Origin: an uncultured Candidatus Binatia bacterium
Lineage (GTDB): Bacteria; Desulfobacterota; Binatia; UBA9968; JAJDTQ01
Length of the DNA stretch: 64,000 nt
Direction: 5' to 3'
Assembly (NCBI GenBank): GCA_965213675.1
Contig: OZ243916.1
Coordinates: 3,296,001 to 3,360,000, forward strand
The position numbers and the translations under genes were made by a program. The notes below the pieces were generated by a model. It did not search any database, was not told where the DNA came from, and saw nothing but the letters and a program-made list of their open reading frames with translations. This document shows positions 50,147-60,749 of this stretch, piece after piece (position 1 is the stretch's first letter; each line of letters opens with the position of its first letter).

Positions 50147-52432
50147 ATGCATCTGTGGCGTTCATACATGACGGCGTGGGCGGCGGCATGCTGGTGGACC
50201 CTGGTCCCCGTGGCCCTCGCTGGCGCCCAGTCGCCGGAGGCCGGAGAACGCATCGAGGTGTCGGCGGAAGACTCCATCGAGGCGACCCGCGAAACGGTCC
50301 GGGCGCAGGGCAACGTGGAGATCCGGCGGGGAGCGACGGTCTTCGGCGCCGACACGGTGGTGATCGACCATGCGCGGCGCACGCTGCGGGCGGAAGGGGC
50401 GGTGCGCGTGGACCATCCCCGGTACCGGCTGCGCGCCGCCGGACTGGAGATGAACCTCGACGACGAAACGGGCACGCTTCTTGACGCGGAAGTGTTCGTC
50501 GAGGAGGAGCGCCTCCGTCTGAGCGGAAGCCGGGTGGAGAAGTTCACCGGGCAGACCTACGAGATTCGCGACGGACGCCTCACCACGTGCCTGTGCGAGG
50601 AAGGCGCCGCGCCGTGGCGCATTGCCGCCGGCGCCCTCCGGCTGGAGGAAGGCGCCAAGGCCGCGATGGACGACGCCACCCTCTACCTCTACGACGTCCC
50701 GGTGCTGTATCTGCCCTACCTGTCGTTCGCCTACCTCACGGAGCGCACCACCGGATTCCTGATCCCTTCCTTCGGCTGGTCCCGGGGCGACGGGGTCCTC
50801 TACCGGCAGCCGTTCTTCTGGGCGCTGGACAAGAGCAACGACGCCACCTTCGAGTTGGCCGTGGAGTCCAGGACGCGCGCCGGCATGAACGCGCAGTACC
50901 GCACCGTCTGGAACCGCCACACCGCCGGCCGTTTGGAACTCTCCTACTTCAGCGAGCGCATGCGCAGGTCGACGTCCGCGCGCGACGCCGCCATTGCGGA
51001 TCCGGGGGTTCCCCTGGACCGCTGGAGCGTGCGCGGGTCCCACCGTCACCATCCCCCGGCCGGCTGGGCGACGTTCAGCGACGTCGCTCTGTATAGCGAC
51101 AACCTGGCGCCGCGGGAGCTGGCGGAGTTCTTCGTATCCGGCGCGAACGAGCAGGACATCTTGCGCGCGAACCGGTACAGCGCGTCACGCCTCGGCTTTC
51201 AGTGGCACGGGCCGGACATGGCGTTGACGGGCGAGGTGGACTACGTGCAGGACCTGGTCCAGCCGCAGAAGCGCGCGCTGCACCGCGCTCCCCACCTCTC
51301 CTTCACCGGAGGGCGCGGGCTTTGGCGCGGGCTCGGCCTCGAATGGGACGTGGCGCTGACCCATTACCTGCGCGAGCAGGGGTCGGACGGGCTGCGGGTG
51401 GACATGCGGCCCGAGATCACCTGGCGGGCCGCTCCGCTGCGTCACTTCCGCATGGACACCCGCGTGGCGTTGCGCGAGACGCTCTACCGGCTCGATTCGC
51501 TGGAAGGCGGATCCGCCGCCGGGAGCGCCGCTCACGCGCACAGGGAACTGATGGAATTCGGCTGGCGGCTGACCACGGCGCTGAGCCGAACCTACCGCTG
51601 GAAAATAGGCGGTTGGGAGCGGCTCCGGCATGTGCTGGAGCCCATGCTGGAGTACCGGTTCATTCCCGCGACGGATCAGGACGCATTGCCGATCTGGGAT
51701 CCGGTGGACCGCATCCGGCGCCGCAACCTGCTCACGGTTGCACTCAACCACCGCTTCTGGGGCGCCCTGGATCGGCAGCGGGGATCGGCGCCGGGCGACG
51801 GTGGTCCCGAGGAAGCGGATGCGGGCGGGCGCCCGCGGGCCGCCACGCCGTTCGCCCGCGCTTCGGTCACGGCCACACTTGACGTGGACAAGACCCGCGC
51901 GGGTGAGAACGGTCTTTCCGAAGTGGGTTTCGGGGTGCGGCTGGATCCCGTCGACCATCTGTACGCGTCCCTGGACCTGGGCATGGAGCCCGGTCCCGGG
52001 AACGTCCGGCGGGCCGCGCTGGCGATTTCGCTTTCCGATGCCGCGCCCGTGGAGACCCAGGCGCCGGACCGGGATTTCCGGCAACCCAGCCGCGTGTCGC
52101 TAGGGTATCGGTTCATTCGCGCGAACGTCCTGTCGCCCTTCGCGTACCACGCCAATCTGGATCTTCTGGCCGACTGCCCCGCGGACCCTCGATGCAATCC
52201 GCGGGACGCCCTGAACGGCGTGCACGCCAGCGCCGTGCTGCGGGCCACGGAGCGGATGCTGTTTATTTACGAGGGGAACTACGACACGGGCGGGTGGGAC
52301 AAGAACCGGCTGGGAATCAAGTATCTCTCCAGGTGTCAATGCTGGACCCTGACCCTGTCCCTGGAGCAGCGCACCAACCCGAATCGGACCAGTATCGGTT
52401 TCAAGTTCGACCTGCTGGGTCTCGGATCGTGA
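50147..52432 (+). CDS. lptD: LPS-assembly protein LptD
   Basis: Signal peptide, OstA-like N-domain with TTC..PW, ERTTGFLIP, RHVLEP, C-terminal CQCW; start uncertain. Confidence 0.8.
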   Translation: MHLWRSYMTAWAAACWWTLVPVALAGAQSPEAGERIEVSAEDSIEATRETVRAQGNVEIRRGATVFGADTVVIDHARRTLRAEGAVRVDHPRYRLRAAGLEMNLDDETGTLLDAEVFVEEERLRLSGSRVEKFTGQTYEIRDGRLTTCLCEEGAAPWRIAAGALRLEEGAKAAMDDATLYLYDVPVLYLPYLSFAYLTERTTGFLIPSFGWSRGDGVLYRQPFFWALDKSNDATFELAVESRTRAGMNAQYRTVWNRHTAGRLELSYFSERMRRSTSARDAAIADPGVPLDRWSVRGSHRHHPPAGWATFSDVALYSDNLAPRELAEFFVSGANEQDILRANRYSASRLGFQWHGPDMALTGEVDYVQDLVQPQKRALHRAPHLSFTGGRGLWRGLGLEWDVALTHYLREQGSDGLRVDMRPEITWRAAPLRHFRMDTRVALRETLYRLDSLEGGSAAGSAAHAHRELMEFGWRLTTALSRTYRWKIGGWERLRHVLEPMLEYRFIPATDQDALPIWDPVDRIRRRNLLTVALNHRFWGALDRQRGSAPGDGGPEEADAGGRPRAATPFARASVTATLDVDKTRAGENGLSEVGFGVRLDPVDHLYASLDLGMEPGPGNVRRAALAISLSDAAPVETQAPDRDFRQPSRVSLGYRFIRANVLSPFAYHANLDLLADCPADPRCNPRDALNGVHASAVLRATERMLFIYEGNYDTGGWDKNRLGIKYLSRCQCWTLTLSLEQRTNPNRTSIGFKFDLLGLGS

Positions 52433-52461
52433 ACGGCCCGTATTTTGCGTTCCCAACGGGC

Positions 52462-54579
52462 ATGAACTTCAAGACACTGTGGATTGTCGCATGGCTCCTG
52501 TCCGGGGCCTTCCTGCAGAACCCGACGGCGTGGTGCCAGCCGATGGAACCCGTGGCGGAAGCCGCTGGCGCGGTGGCGCGCGGCCCCGGCGCCGGGCGCG
52601 CCGATGACACCGGCGCCGTGACCTTGAACTTCGAAGGCGCCGATCTGGTCGAGGTCATCCATGTGTTCGCGCGCCACCTTCGCTTCAACTTCACCATCGA
52701 CCCGGACGTCCAGGGCACCGTCACCATCTTCAGCGGTCAGCCCGTGCGGCGTACCGACCTGATGCCGATCTTTCACGAATTGCTGCGCATCCACGACGCC
52801 GTGGCCATCAGGCGCGGCCAGCTTTACCGGATCACCACCGTGGCCAAGGGGCTTGGGGCCGCTTCCCTCGACCGCGGACGGGATGCGGGATTCGCCATGA
52901 GGATCGCGCCGGTGCGGTTCTTCCCGGCGGCGGTCATGAAGGGACTTCTGACGCCCTTCCTCGGCGAGGGAGGAACGATACTCGAACACGCGCGCGGCAA
53001 CTATCTGGTTATCGTCGACCTGCCGTCAAACATTCGCCGTTTGGTCGAGATCATGGAAATGATCGATGTCGAGGTGTTCGCGGGCACGCGCATGGAACTG
53101 TACGAGCCCAAGGAGGCCGCGGCACAGGACCTCGCGCGCGAATTGTCCGCCGCCATGCGCCTTTTCGCCGCCGCCGAGATGCAGGGCGACACGTTTGCCG
53201 CCCGGTTCCTGCCGTTGCCCAGGATCGACCGGTTGCTGGTGGTGGCCTACAGCGAGGCGGCCTGGCGCTACGTTCGACGCTGGCTCCAGCACCTGGACGT
53301 TGCCAGCCGGAGCGCGGGACGGAGGGTCTTCATCCGGCCCGTGGAGAACGGCGACGCGGTCGCACTGGCGCGAGTGCTCAACCGGGTGTTTGGAACCGGG
53401 AACCGCCCCACCGGGAAGGCGGCGTCCCGGCCGCGCCCGCCCGGGCTCGATGACCTGCCCCGGTGGTCCGCCGCCGGGGAACCGGAGGATGCGCCGGGAA
53501 ACGCCCGCTTCGGGGAAGCTTCCGCCCCGGGCGGAGGTCCCGCGGCCACGCTGCGGATCGGGAGCGATGCAACCGTGGATGCGGCATCTCCGAATCTCCC
53601 GCACGAAGACGCCGCAAAGATGAGCGAAGGCGCGCGCGTGGTGGCCGAACCCGCCACCAACACCCTTGTCATCCTGGCCACGCGCCGGGAATATCTGCGC
53701 CTTGCCGAGGTCCTGGCAAGGCTCGACGCGGTTCCCCGCCAAGTGCTCATGGAGGTCCTGGTGGCGGAGGTCACGCTCACCGACGAGTTCGCGCTGGGGG
53801 TGGAGCATGCGTTGTCGAAAGGAGGCTTCGCTCCGCCCTCCGAGGCGCAGGAAAAGACCCCCGGCGCACCGCTGGGCGCCGGCTTTCAGGCCCTTGACAC
53901 CGGGTTCACGTCCATCGTCGAAGCGGGCCGCGACTTTCGCGTGTTCGTCAATGCACTCATGAAGGACGCGCGGGTCAAGGTGCTGTCGTCGCCGCACCTG
54001 CTGGCAGTGGACAACCGGCCCGCGCGGATTCGCGTGGGCAGCGAGCAGCCCGTGGCCACCGGCACGGTGGTGTCCCAGGAAGCGCGGGCGACCACCACCA
54101 CCATCCAGTTCAAGAACGTCGGGCGGATCCTGACCATCATCCCCAGGGTCAACGATGCCGGTTTTGTGAACCTCCAGGTGCGGGTCGAGGTCAGCGACGT
54201 CGGCGAACGGGTGACGGTGGGGAACCAGACCTTCGACGCCTTCAACGTGCGGGATGCGGAGACCACCGCTGTGCTTCAGGACGGCCAGACGCTGGTCATC
54301 GGCGGCATCATCACCGACAACCTGCGCAAGACGCGGGTCGGCATTCCCCTGCTCATGAACGTGCCGGTGCTGGGGCAACTCTTCCGCACCGACGTCGAAC
54401 GCGCCGACAGGACCGAGCTGGTCATCCTGATCACACCCCGGGTCATCCGCAACCGCGAGGAGGGAGAGGCCGTGACCGAACGATTCCTGGCCAGGGTCGG
54501 GGCGGTCCGCCGCGAGTTGGAGGCACGCTGGAAGCGGCAACCGGGTGTCCCCGAAGCGGAACCGGGAGCGCCGCGGTAA
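52462..54579 (+). CDS. gspD: Type II secretion system secretin (GspD-like)
   Basis: TLNFEGADL N0 domain, QVLMEVLVAEV, VLSSP, GIPLLMNVPVLGQLF, TELVILITPRV. Confidence 0.85.
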   Translation: MNFKTLWIVAWLLSGAFLQNPTAWCQPMEPVAEAAGAVARGPGAGRADDTGAVTLNFEGADLVEVIHVFARHLRFNFTIDPDVQGTVTIFSGQPVRRTDLMPIFHELLRIHDAVAIRRGQLYRITTVAKGLGAASLDRGRDAGFAMRIAPVRFFPAAVMKGLLTPFLGEGGTILEHARGNYLVIVDLPSNIRRLVEIMEMIDVEVFAGTRMELYEPKEAAAQDLARELSAAMRLFAAAEMQGDTFAARFLPLPRIDRLLVVAYSEAAWRYVRRWLQHLDVASRSAGRRVFIRPVENGDAVALARVLNRVFGTGNRPTGKAASRPRPPGLDDLPRWSAAGEPEDAPGNARFGEASAPGGGPAATLRIGSDATVDAASPNLPHEDAAKMSEGARVVAEPATNTLVILATRREYLRLAEVLARLDAVPRQVLMEVLVAEVTLTDEFALGVEHALSKGGFAPPSEAQEKTPGAPLGAGFQALDTGFTSIVEAGRDFRVFVNALMKDARVKVLSSPHLLAVDNRPARIRVGSEQPVATGTVVSQEARATTTTIQFKNVGRILTIIPRVNDAGFVNLQVRVEVSDVGERVTVGNQTFDAFNVRDAETTAVLQDGQTLVIGGIITDNLRKTRVGIPLLMNVPVLGQLFRTDVERADRTELVILITPRVIRNREEGEAVTERFLARVGAVRRELEARWKRQPGVPEAEPGAPR

Positions 54580-54654
54580 GGGCCATGCAGGACTGTTCCA
54601 TGCCGTCGATTTGCAGGGAAACCGGAGATTCGGACGGCGTCCTTCCGTGACAGG

Positions 54655-55992
54655 CTACCGTCGTGACGCGTTCCGCTTCCGGATCGCCTCCCACGCTTCG
54701 AGGCGCTCTCGGATGACCCGTTCATGCCCCTGGTCCCCGGGTTGGTAGTAGCGGCGGCCCTCAAGCTCCGACGGCAGATACTCCTGCTCCGTGACGTGGC
54801 CGGGTTCGTCGTGGGGATAGCGGTAGTCGGCGCCGTAGTCCAGGGACTTCATGAGCCCGGTGGGGGCGTTGCGCAAATGGAGTGGGGTGGGCAGCGTGCC
54901 GTGCTCGCGCACGTCGCGGGTGGCCGCCAGCAGCGCCCGGTATGCGGCGTTGGATTTGGGCGCGGTGGCCAGGTAGGTGGCCGCCTGGCTCATGGGGATC
55001 CGCCCCTCCGGCAGGCCGACGAAGTGCACCGCGTCCCTGGCGGCCACGGCGACCTGGAGGGCGCGGGGGTCGGCGTTGCCCACGTCCTCGGCGGCGAAGA
55101 TGACCATGCGCCGGCAAATGAAGAGCGGGTCCTCGCCGGCTTCGACCATCCGCACCATCCAGTAAACGGCCGCGTCCGGGTCGCTGCCGCGCAGGCTCTT
55201 GATGAAGGCCGAGATCAGGTTGTAGTGCTCCTCGCCGGCCTTGTCGTAGTGCAGCGGCGAGACCTGCAGGGCCTGTTCCACGTGACTCGACTCGATGCGT
55301 TTCGCGCGGCCGCCGGCGAGCGCCAGCGTGGCGGCCCCCTCCAGGCCGTTGAGCGCCACCCGTGCGTCACCCTGGGCGCGCCGCACCAGCAAGGCGCGCG
55401 CCTCGGGCTCGATGGACATGTCCTCGTTCCACAGCCCCCGGCCGCGCTCGGTCAGGGCGCGGTCGATGACCCGGGCGAGGGTGTCCCCGGTCAAGGGATG
55501 GAGCACACACACCCGGCAACGGGAGAGCAACGGGGAGATGATTTCGAAAGACGGATTCTCGGTGGTGGCGCCGATGAGCGTGAGCAGCCCCGCCTCGACG
55601 TGCGGCAGAAAGGTGTCTTGCTGCGACTTGTTGAAGTGATGGATTTCGTCCACCAGCAGCGCCACCGGGACGTCGGCGCGTTGCAGGCGGCGGGCGTCGG
55701 GGAGGATTTTCTTGAGGTCGCGGGCGCCTGAACTGACGGCGGAGAAATGGATGCAGTGCGCGCGGCACGCGTCCGCCAGGAGGCGGGCCAGGGTGGTCTT
55801 GCCGCAACCGGGTGGCCCCCAAAGGATGATGGACTGAAGGCGGCCGCTTTCCGCCATGCCGCGCAGGAGTTTGCCGGAGCCGAGCAGGTGTTCCTGTCCC
55901 AGCACCTCGTCCAGCCGGGCCGGGCGCATGCGCTCGGCCAGCGGCGCATTGCCGCCGGTGGAGCGCGGACTCACAGGGTCGAAAAGATCCAC
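54655..55992 (-). CDS. rarA: Replication-associated recombination protein A
   Basis: PLAERMRP, WGPPGCGKTT, GATTENPSF, ISAFIKS; GTG start (VDLF) inferred. Confidence 0.93.
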   Translation of the reverse strand: MDLFDPVSPRSTGGNAPLAERMRPARLDEVLGQEHLLGSGKLLRGMAESGRLQSIILWGPPGCGKTTLARLLADACRAHCIHFSAVSSGARDLKKILPDARRLQRADVPVALLVDEIHHFNKSQQDTFLPHVEAGLLTLIGATTENPSFEIISPLLSRCRVCVLHPLTGDTLARVIDRALTERGRGLWNEDMSIEPEARALLVRRAQGDARVALNGLEGAATLALAGGRAKRIESSHVEQALQVSPLHYDKAGEEHYNLISAFIKSLRGSDPDAAVYWMVRMVEAGEDPLFICRRMVIFAAEDVGNADPRALQVAVAARDAVHFVGLPEGRIPMSQAATYLATAPKSNAAYRALLAATRDVREHGTLPTPLHLRNAPTGLMKSLDYGADYRYPHDEPGHVTEQEYLPSELEGRRYYQPGDQGHERVIRERLEAWEAIRKRNASRR

Positions 55993-56086
55993 TTGTGTGC
56001 CGGGCAGCCGGACAGGACACCGGCCATGAGTCGGCGGCGCGGTCCTGGCGGCGGGTTGGCGCGTCAGCGGGCGTGGCGCCCGGTGG

Positions 56087-56443
56087 TCAGCGCGACGCCC
56101 GTGGCCGGCGGTCTTCCTCCAACCGCGCGCGCTTGCCCGAAAGGTTCCGCAGGTAGTAGAGCTTGGCCCGGCGCACCCGCCCCTGGGTGACGACCTCGAC
56201 CTTTTCGATGCGCGGCGAGTGGAGCGGGAAGATGCGTTCGACACCGACCCCGTAGGAAGTCTTGCGCACGACGAAGGTTTCCCGGTTGCCGCTGCCGGAG
56301 ATGGCGATGACGACACCTTCGAAGACCTGGATGCGTTCCTTCTCGCCCTCGATGATGCGCACATGCACGCGCACGCGTTGGCCCGGCTTGAGCGCCGGCA
56401 TCTCGCGCGTGTGCTCCTGCTCGATCTGGTCTATGACGTTCAT
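56087..56443 (-). CDS. rplS: 50S ribosomal protein L19
   Basis: [26 protein letters not shown] (3' part of ORF 56087..57625). Confidence 0.97.
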   Translation of the reverse strand: MNVIDQIEQEHTREMPALKPGQRVRVHVRIIEGEKERIQVFEGVVIAISGSGNRETFVVRKTSYGVGVERIFPLHSPRIEKVEVVTQGRVRRAKLYYLRNLSGKRARLEEDRRPRASR

Positions 56444-56532
56444 TGGACCCTTCCTTCCAGCCAGTGTGATTGCCCGTCCTTGCAGGACCCGCCAAAGCCT
56501 GGGCCGCGAGAATGATGACCGGACGACTTCCC

Positions 56533-56560
56533 GTAGGGGCAACCGGCCGGTCGTCCCTAC
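56533..56560. repeat. GTAG-type REP-like palindrome
   Basis: GTAGGGGCAACCGGCCGGTCGTCCCTAC, GTAG on both strands; contains the trmD stop. Confidence 0.7.
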
Positions 56561-57843
56561 CCTGGACCAGATCCGGCAGACTCCTGGTGGCCCAGTAGAC
56601 GGTCCATCATAATGGCGGAGGCGGCCCGTACGGACAGATGGTTGTAGTCGTCCCGGCCTGCGATGGGCTCGAGGATCAGGTCCGACCGGGCAAAGATGGC
56701 GTCCGCCAGTCCCCAACCCGTTCCCAGTAGAATCATGCAAGGAGTATCGTCCTTTATTAACACTTCCCGCATCTTTCCAAAAGTTGTGCGTTCCCTTCCC
56801 GGGACGGGCCGTGCCGAGGTCGCTACCAGCCGGGGGGTGGCGCCGCATTCCGCCCGCACCTGCGCCACCGCGTCGTCCAGAGTGTCGCACAGCCGCGCCA
56901 GGGAGAGCGCTTCCCTGCGCGTGCTGTTGTACGTGCTGCCGTAACCCCGTTCCCAATGGTCGATGATGCGGCCCGCCAGCGACTGGAGGGTCTTCACCGG
57001 GTTCACGACATGGAAGGCCTTCACCCCATAGGTGCGGCAGGTACGGGCGATGTCGTGGATGTCCAGATTGGTGATGGACGAGGTCACGGTGTCGCCGCGC
57101 CGGTCGCACACAGGGTAGTGCAGCAACGCCACGTAAACGTCGGCCAAGGGTATCCGGGCCGCCGTTGGGGTCTTCGCCAGCAGGTCCGGCCGCGTTCGCG
57201 CGGTGCTCTCCACGCTCATGCGGCGGCGCCAGTCGCGGATCCTCGCGTGGTCGCCCGAAAGCAGCACCTCCGGCACCTTCATGCCCCGGTACTCCGCGGG
57301 ACGGGTGTACTGCGGATACTCCAGAAGCCCTTCGACAAAGGACTCGTCGCGCGCGGACTGCTCGTTCCCCAGCACCCCCGGCACCAGCCGCGTCACCGCG
57401 TCGATGACGGTCAGCGCGGGGACCTCGCCGCCGCTCAGGGTGTAGTCGCCGACGGAGATCATGTCGTCGGTGTAGGCCGTCACTCTTTCGTCGAACCCCT
57501 CGTAGCGGCCGCACACCAGGATGACGTCCCGGGCTTCCATGAGTTGCGCGGCGGCGGCCTGGTCGAAGACCCGTCCGCGTGGGGAAAGAAGCACCACACG
57601 GGGTTCCCTCAGCCGGGTTCGGCATGCCTCGATGGCCTCGATGACGGGCTCCGGCTTGAGCACCATGCCCTGGCCGCCGCCGTAGGGGTAGTCGTCGGTG
57701 ACGCGGTGCCGGTCCCGGGCGTACTGGCGCAGGTCCACTAATTCGATGGATACGAGCTTCTTCTCCTGGGCGCGCTTCAGGATGCTGTGCGCCAAGGGAG
57801 ACGTGAACATGTCCGGAAAGAGCGTGATGACCGAGAAGTGCAT
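56557..57843 (-). CDS. trmD: tRNA (guanine-N1)-methyltransferase TrmD fused to a second SPOUT methyltransferase domain
   Basis: [23 protein letters not shown], then [31 protein letters not shown]. Confidence 0.92.
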   Translation of the reverse strand: MHFSVITLFPDMFTSPLAHSILKRAQEKKLVSIELVDLRQYARDRHRVTDDYPYGGGQGMVLKPEPVIEAIEACRTRLREPRVVLLSPRGRVFDQAAAAQLMEARDVILVCGRYEGFDERVTAYTDDMISVGDYTLSGGEVPALTVIDAVTRLVPGVLGNEQSARDESFVEGLLEYPQYTRPAEYRGMKVPEVLLSGDHARIRDWRRRMSVESTARTRPDLLAKTPTAARIPLADVYVALLHYPVCDRRGDTVTSSITNLDIHDIARTCRTYGVKAFHVVNPVKTLQSLAGRIIDHWERGYGSTYNSTRREALSLARLCDTLDDAVAQVRAECGATPRLVATSARPVPGRERTTFGKMREVLIKDDTPCMILLGTGWGLADAIFARSDLILEPIAGRDDYNHLSVRAASAIMMDRLLGHQESAGSGPG

Positions 57844-57879
57844 CGAAACGGTGCCCGGCCCCGGTTCACGGGGGGAGGG

Positions 57880-58386
57880 TCAGAGGTCCAGAAGCCCGTC
57901 GGGCGGGTCGATGACGATGGTTCGCTCGACGACATCGATCTGCCGGATCACCTCCCGCACCGCGGGAACGAGATGTTCCCGCTCGGGGCCGGCCACCACC
58001 AGCAGGTCGCTACCCCGTTTGGCCCAGATCCGGTCTACCGTGCCAATGCGCCCACCCTCGGTGTCCACCACCGCGAAACCCACCACTTCCGCATGGTAGA
58101 ACTCGGACGAGCCGAGGGGTGCGAGCCGTTCGGCGGGCACCGACAGCCGGTACCCCACCAAGCCCCGGGCCGCGTCCATGTCGGCGATGCCCTGGAGCTT
58201 GACGAGCGCGAAACCCCGGTGCGGCTTGGCCTGCTCCACCGCAAGGGTGTGCCGGCTCTCCCCGCGCGTCAATTCCACCTGCGCGCTCGAATAGAGCGTA
58301 GGTCCTTCGGGGTTGAACAGCCGCAGGCGTACCCAGCCGGCCACGCCGTGCGTGGCCACGATGTCGCCCAGGGCGATCTGCTGCAT
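57880..58386 (-). CDS. rimM: Ribosome maturation factor RimM
   Basis: THGVAG, EFYHAE, IDPPDGLLD; synteny. Confidence 0.92.
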   Translation of the reverse strand: MQQIALGDIVATHGVAGWVRLRLFNPEGPTLYSSAQVELTRGESRHTLAVEQAKPHRGFALVKLQGIADMDAARGLVGYRLSVPAERLAPLGSSEFYHAEVVGFAVVDTEGGRIGTVDRIWAKRGSDLLVVAGPEREHLVPAVREVIRQIDVVERTIVIDPPDGLLDL

Positions 58387-58402
58387 GGACAATGGAAAAG
58401 GG

Positions 58403-58639
58403 TTACGACTCGTCTACGATCTCAAGGACGACCTTCCGGTGGGTCCGCGCGGACGCGGCATTCAGGATCGTCCGGATGGATCTGGCGGTGCGGCCCTGTT
58501 TGCCGATGATCCGTCCAAGGTCTTCCTGGGCGACCTTGAGTTCAATCACGGAGGCGTCGTCTTCCTGCGTCTCCGTGATCTCTACGGCCTCGGGGCGGTT
58601 CACCATGGATTCCGCCAGGTACTGCACCAATTCCTTCAA
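58403..58639 (-). CDS. khpA: KH-domain RNA-binding protein KhpA
   Basis: DLGRIIGKQGRTARSIR. Confidence 0.92.
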   Translation of the reverse strand: MKELVQYLAESMVNRPEAVEITETQEDDASVIELKVAQEDLGRIIGKQGRTARSIRTILNAASARTHRKVVLEIVDES

Positions 58640-58694
58640 GAAGCCTGTCTCCTGGGGGCACGGATGCCGGGTGGGCGAGCGTCGCCCGGGGGGC

Positions 58695-59240
58695 CTATTC
58701 CTTGGGCGCTTCCGCGGTCTCCGCTCCGGCCGATCCTTCCGGTGGACTCTCCACTTCCGCCGCGCTCTCCGCCGGGGCAGGGCTCTCCGCTGCCGCCACG
58801 TTTTCCACGGGGCTTGGGCTCGCGGCCGGAGTCACGTCTTCCGCCGGGGCCGAAGTCTCCGTGGCAGGCGAACTCTCCGTCGCCGAGGATTCCGTCACCG
58901 AGGAGTTCTCCGTCACCGCCGCGTTCGCCGCCGTCTCCACGCTCCCTGCCGCCTCAGCGCTCACCGCGCCGGCCTCGGTACTCTCCGCCGCCGCGCCTGA
59001 TTCCTTGGCCGCCCGTTTCATGAGGTTGCGCACCGTCTGGGTCGGTTGGGCTCCCCTCTTGATCCAGCCATGGATCTTGGCCTGGTCCAGTTTCAGGGTG
59101 GCCGCCGAGGAGCGTGGGTCGTAGGTCCCCAACTGCTCGATAAAGCGTCCATCGCGCGGGTCGCGCGCGTCCGCTACCACGATGCGGTAGTACGGCCGCT
59201 TTTTCGCGCCGTGCCGGCTCAATCTGATCTTTACGCTCAT
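58695..59240 (-). CDS. rpsP: 30S ribosomal protein S16 with long acidic C-terminal extension
   Basis: [27 protein letters not shown]. Confidence 0.95.
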   Translation of the reverse strand: MSVKIRLSRHGAKKRPYYRIVVADARDPRDGRFIEQLGTYDPRSSAATLKLDQAKIHGWIKRGAQPTQTVRNLMKRAAKESGAAAESTEAGAVSAEAAGSVETAANAAVTENSSVTESSATESSPATETSAPAEDVTPAASPSPVENVAAAESPAPAESAAEVESPPEGSAGAETAEAPKE

Positions 59241-59286
59241 ACGGGTTTGTTCCTTGCGGTCTATTCTGTAAACCAAGCTTTTTAGT

Positions 59287-60633
59287 TCATTGGAACGGCA
59301 TTGGCAACCGGTTCAAGAGCCCGCGGCGCTTGCCGCCGGACTGCTTCATCCGCTGCATCATCTTCCTCATCTCCATGTACTGTTTCATCAGCCGGTTGAC
59401 GTCCGTCACCGTGGTGCCGCTTCCGTCGGCGATGCGCCGGCGCCGGCTACCGTTCAGCAGGGCGGGGTTGCGGCGTTCCTTGAGGGTCATGGAATTGATG
59501 ATGGCCTCCACCCGCTTGAGTTCCTTCTCCGCCTGGCCCATGTCCACCTGCTGGGTCAGCTTGCGACCGCCGGGCACCATGTCCAGCAGGCTCCCGATGG
59601 AGCCCATCTTCTTGACGGCCTGCATCTGGGTCTGGAAGTCCTCGAGGGTGAACTCGCCCTTGCGCATGCGCTGTTCGAGCTTCGGCGCGGTCTTCTTGTC
59701 CACCGCCTGTTCCGCCTTCTCGATCAGCGAAAGCACGTCGCCCATGCCGAGAATGCGCGATGCCATGCGGTCCGGGAAGAAGGGCTCGAGCGCGTCCGCC
59801 TTCTCCCCCACGCCGACATAGAGCACCGGTTTGCCCACCACCGAGCGCACGGAGAGGGCGGCGCCGCCGCGGGCGTCGCCATCCATCTTGGTGAGGATCA
59901 CGCCGGTGAGGTCCAGGGCGTCGTTGAACCCCTGGGCCTGATTGACCGCGTCCTGGCCGATCATGGCGTCGACGGTCAGCACGATGTTGCGCGGCTCCAG
60001 CGCGGCGCGGATCGCCACGAGTTCCCGCATCATCTCCTGGTCGATCTGCAGCCGCCCGGCGGTATCCACGATGAGCACGTCGCACAGCCGCTGGTTCGCC
60101 TTGTCCACGGCGGCCCGGCAGATGTCCAGCGGCGCGTCGTTCTCGCCCGAGTCGTACACCGGCAGTCCGTTCTCGTCGCACAGCGTGCGCAGTTGCTCCC
60201 GCGCCGCCGGCCGGTACACGTCCGCCGACACCAGGTAGGGCATGCGCTTCTGTTGCTTCTTCAGATGCAGCGCCAGCTTCACCGCGGTGGTGGTCTTGCC
60301 CGATCCCTGGAGCCCCACCAGCATCAGCACCACCGGTTGCCGCCCCTTGAGATCCACGCCCGCGGCCTCGCCGCCGAGGAGCTTGATCAACTCCTCCCGG
60401 ACGATCTTGATGAGCTGCTGGTCCGGCGTCAGGCTCTGGAGCACGTCCTGCCCCATGGCCTGGGACCGCACCGAGTCCGTGAAGCTCTTCACCACCTTGA
60501 AGTGGACGTCCGCCTCCAGCAGCGCCGTGCGCACCTCGCGCAACGACTCCACCACGTTGGACTCGGTGATCCGCCCGTGCCCCCGCAGCCGCTTGAAAGT
60601 CTGCTCCAGCTTGTCGGTGAGGTTCTCGAACAT
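59287..60633 (-). CDS. ffh: Signal recognition particle protein Ffh
   Basis: [31 protein letters not shown]. Confidence 0.98.
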   Translation of the reverse strand: MFENLTDKLEQTFKRLRGHGRITESNVVESLREVRTALLEADVHFKVVKSFTDSVRSQAMGQDVLQSLTPDQQLIKIVREELIKLLGGEAAGVDLKGRQPVVLMLVGLQGSGKTTTAVKLALHLKKQQKRMPYLVSADVYRPAAREQLRTLCDENGLPVYDSGENDAPLDICRAAVDKANQRLCDVLIVDTAGRLQIDQEMMRELVAIRAALEPRNIVLTVDAMIGQDAVNQAQGFNDALDLTGVILTKMDGDARGGAALSVRSVVGKPVLYVGVGEKADALEPFFPDRMASRILGMGDVLSLIEKAEQAVDKKTAPKLEQRMRKGEFTLEDFQTQMQAVKKMGSIGSLLDMVPGGRKLTQQVDMGQAEKELKRVEAIINSMTLKERRNPALLNGSRRRRIADGSGTTVTDVNRLMKQYMEMRKMMQRMKQSGGKRRGLLNRLPMPFQ

Positions 60634-60749
60634 GGCTACCGATTCATTTCTGAAACCGTTTCCAAGGACCGGCTTCCCGTGTCCCAGCCACTTTGTCTAC
60701 CCCCCAAGACCTTGTGTCCTGGCTGCTCCACCCATGTCTTGGCTGCTCC

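Noticed and set aside
45753-57625. Apparent long N-terminal extensions or fusions of TrpD (45753), LptD (49253), RarA (56364) and L19 (57625)
   Set aside because: These are ORF-caller extensions through neighbouring genes in stop-poor GC-rich frames; the real starts are downstream.
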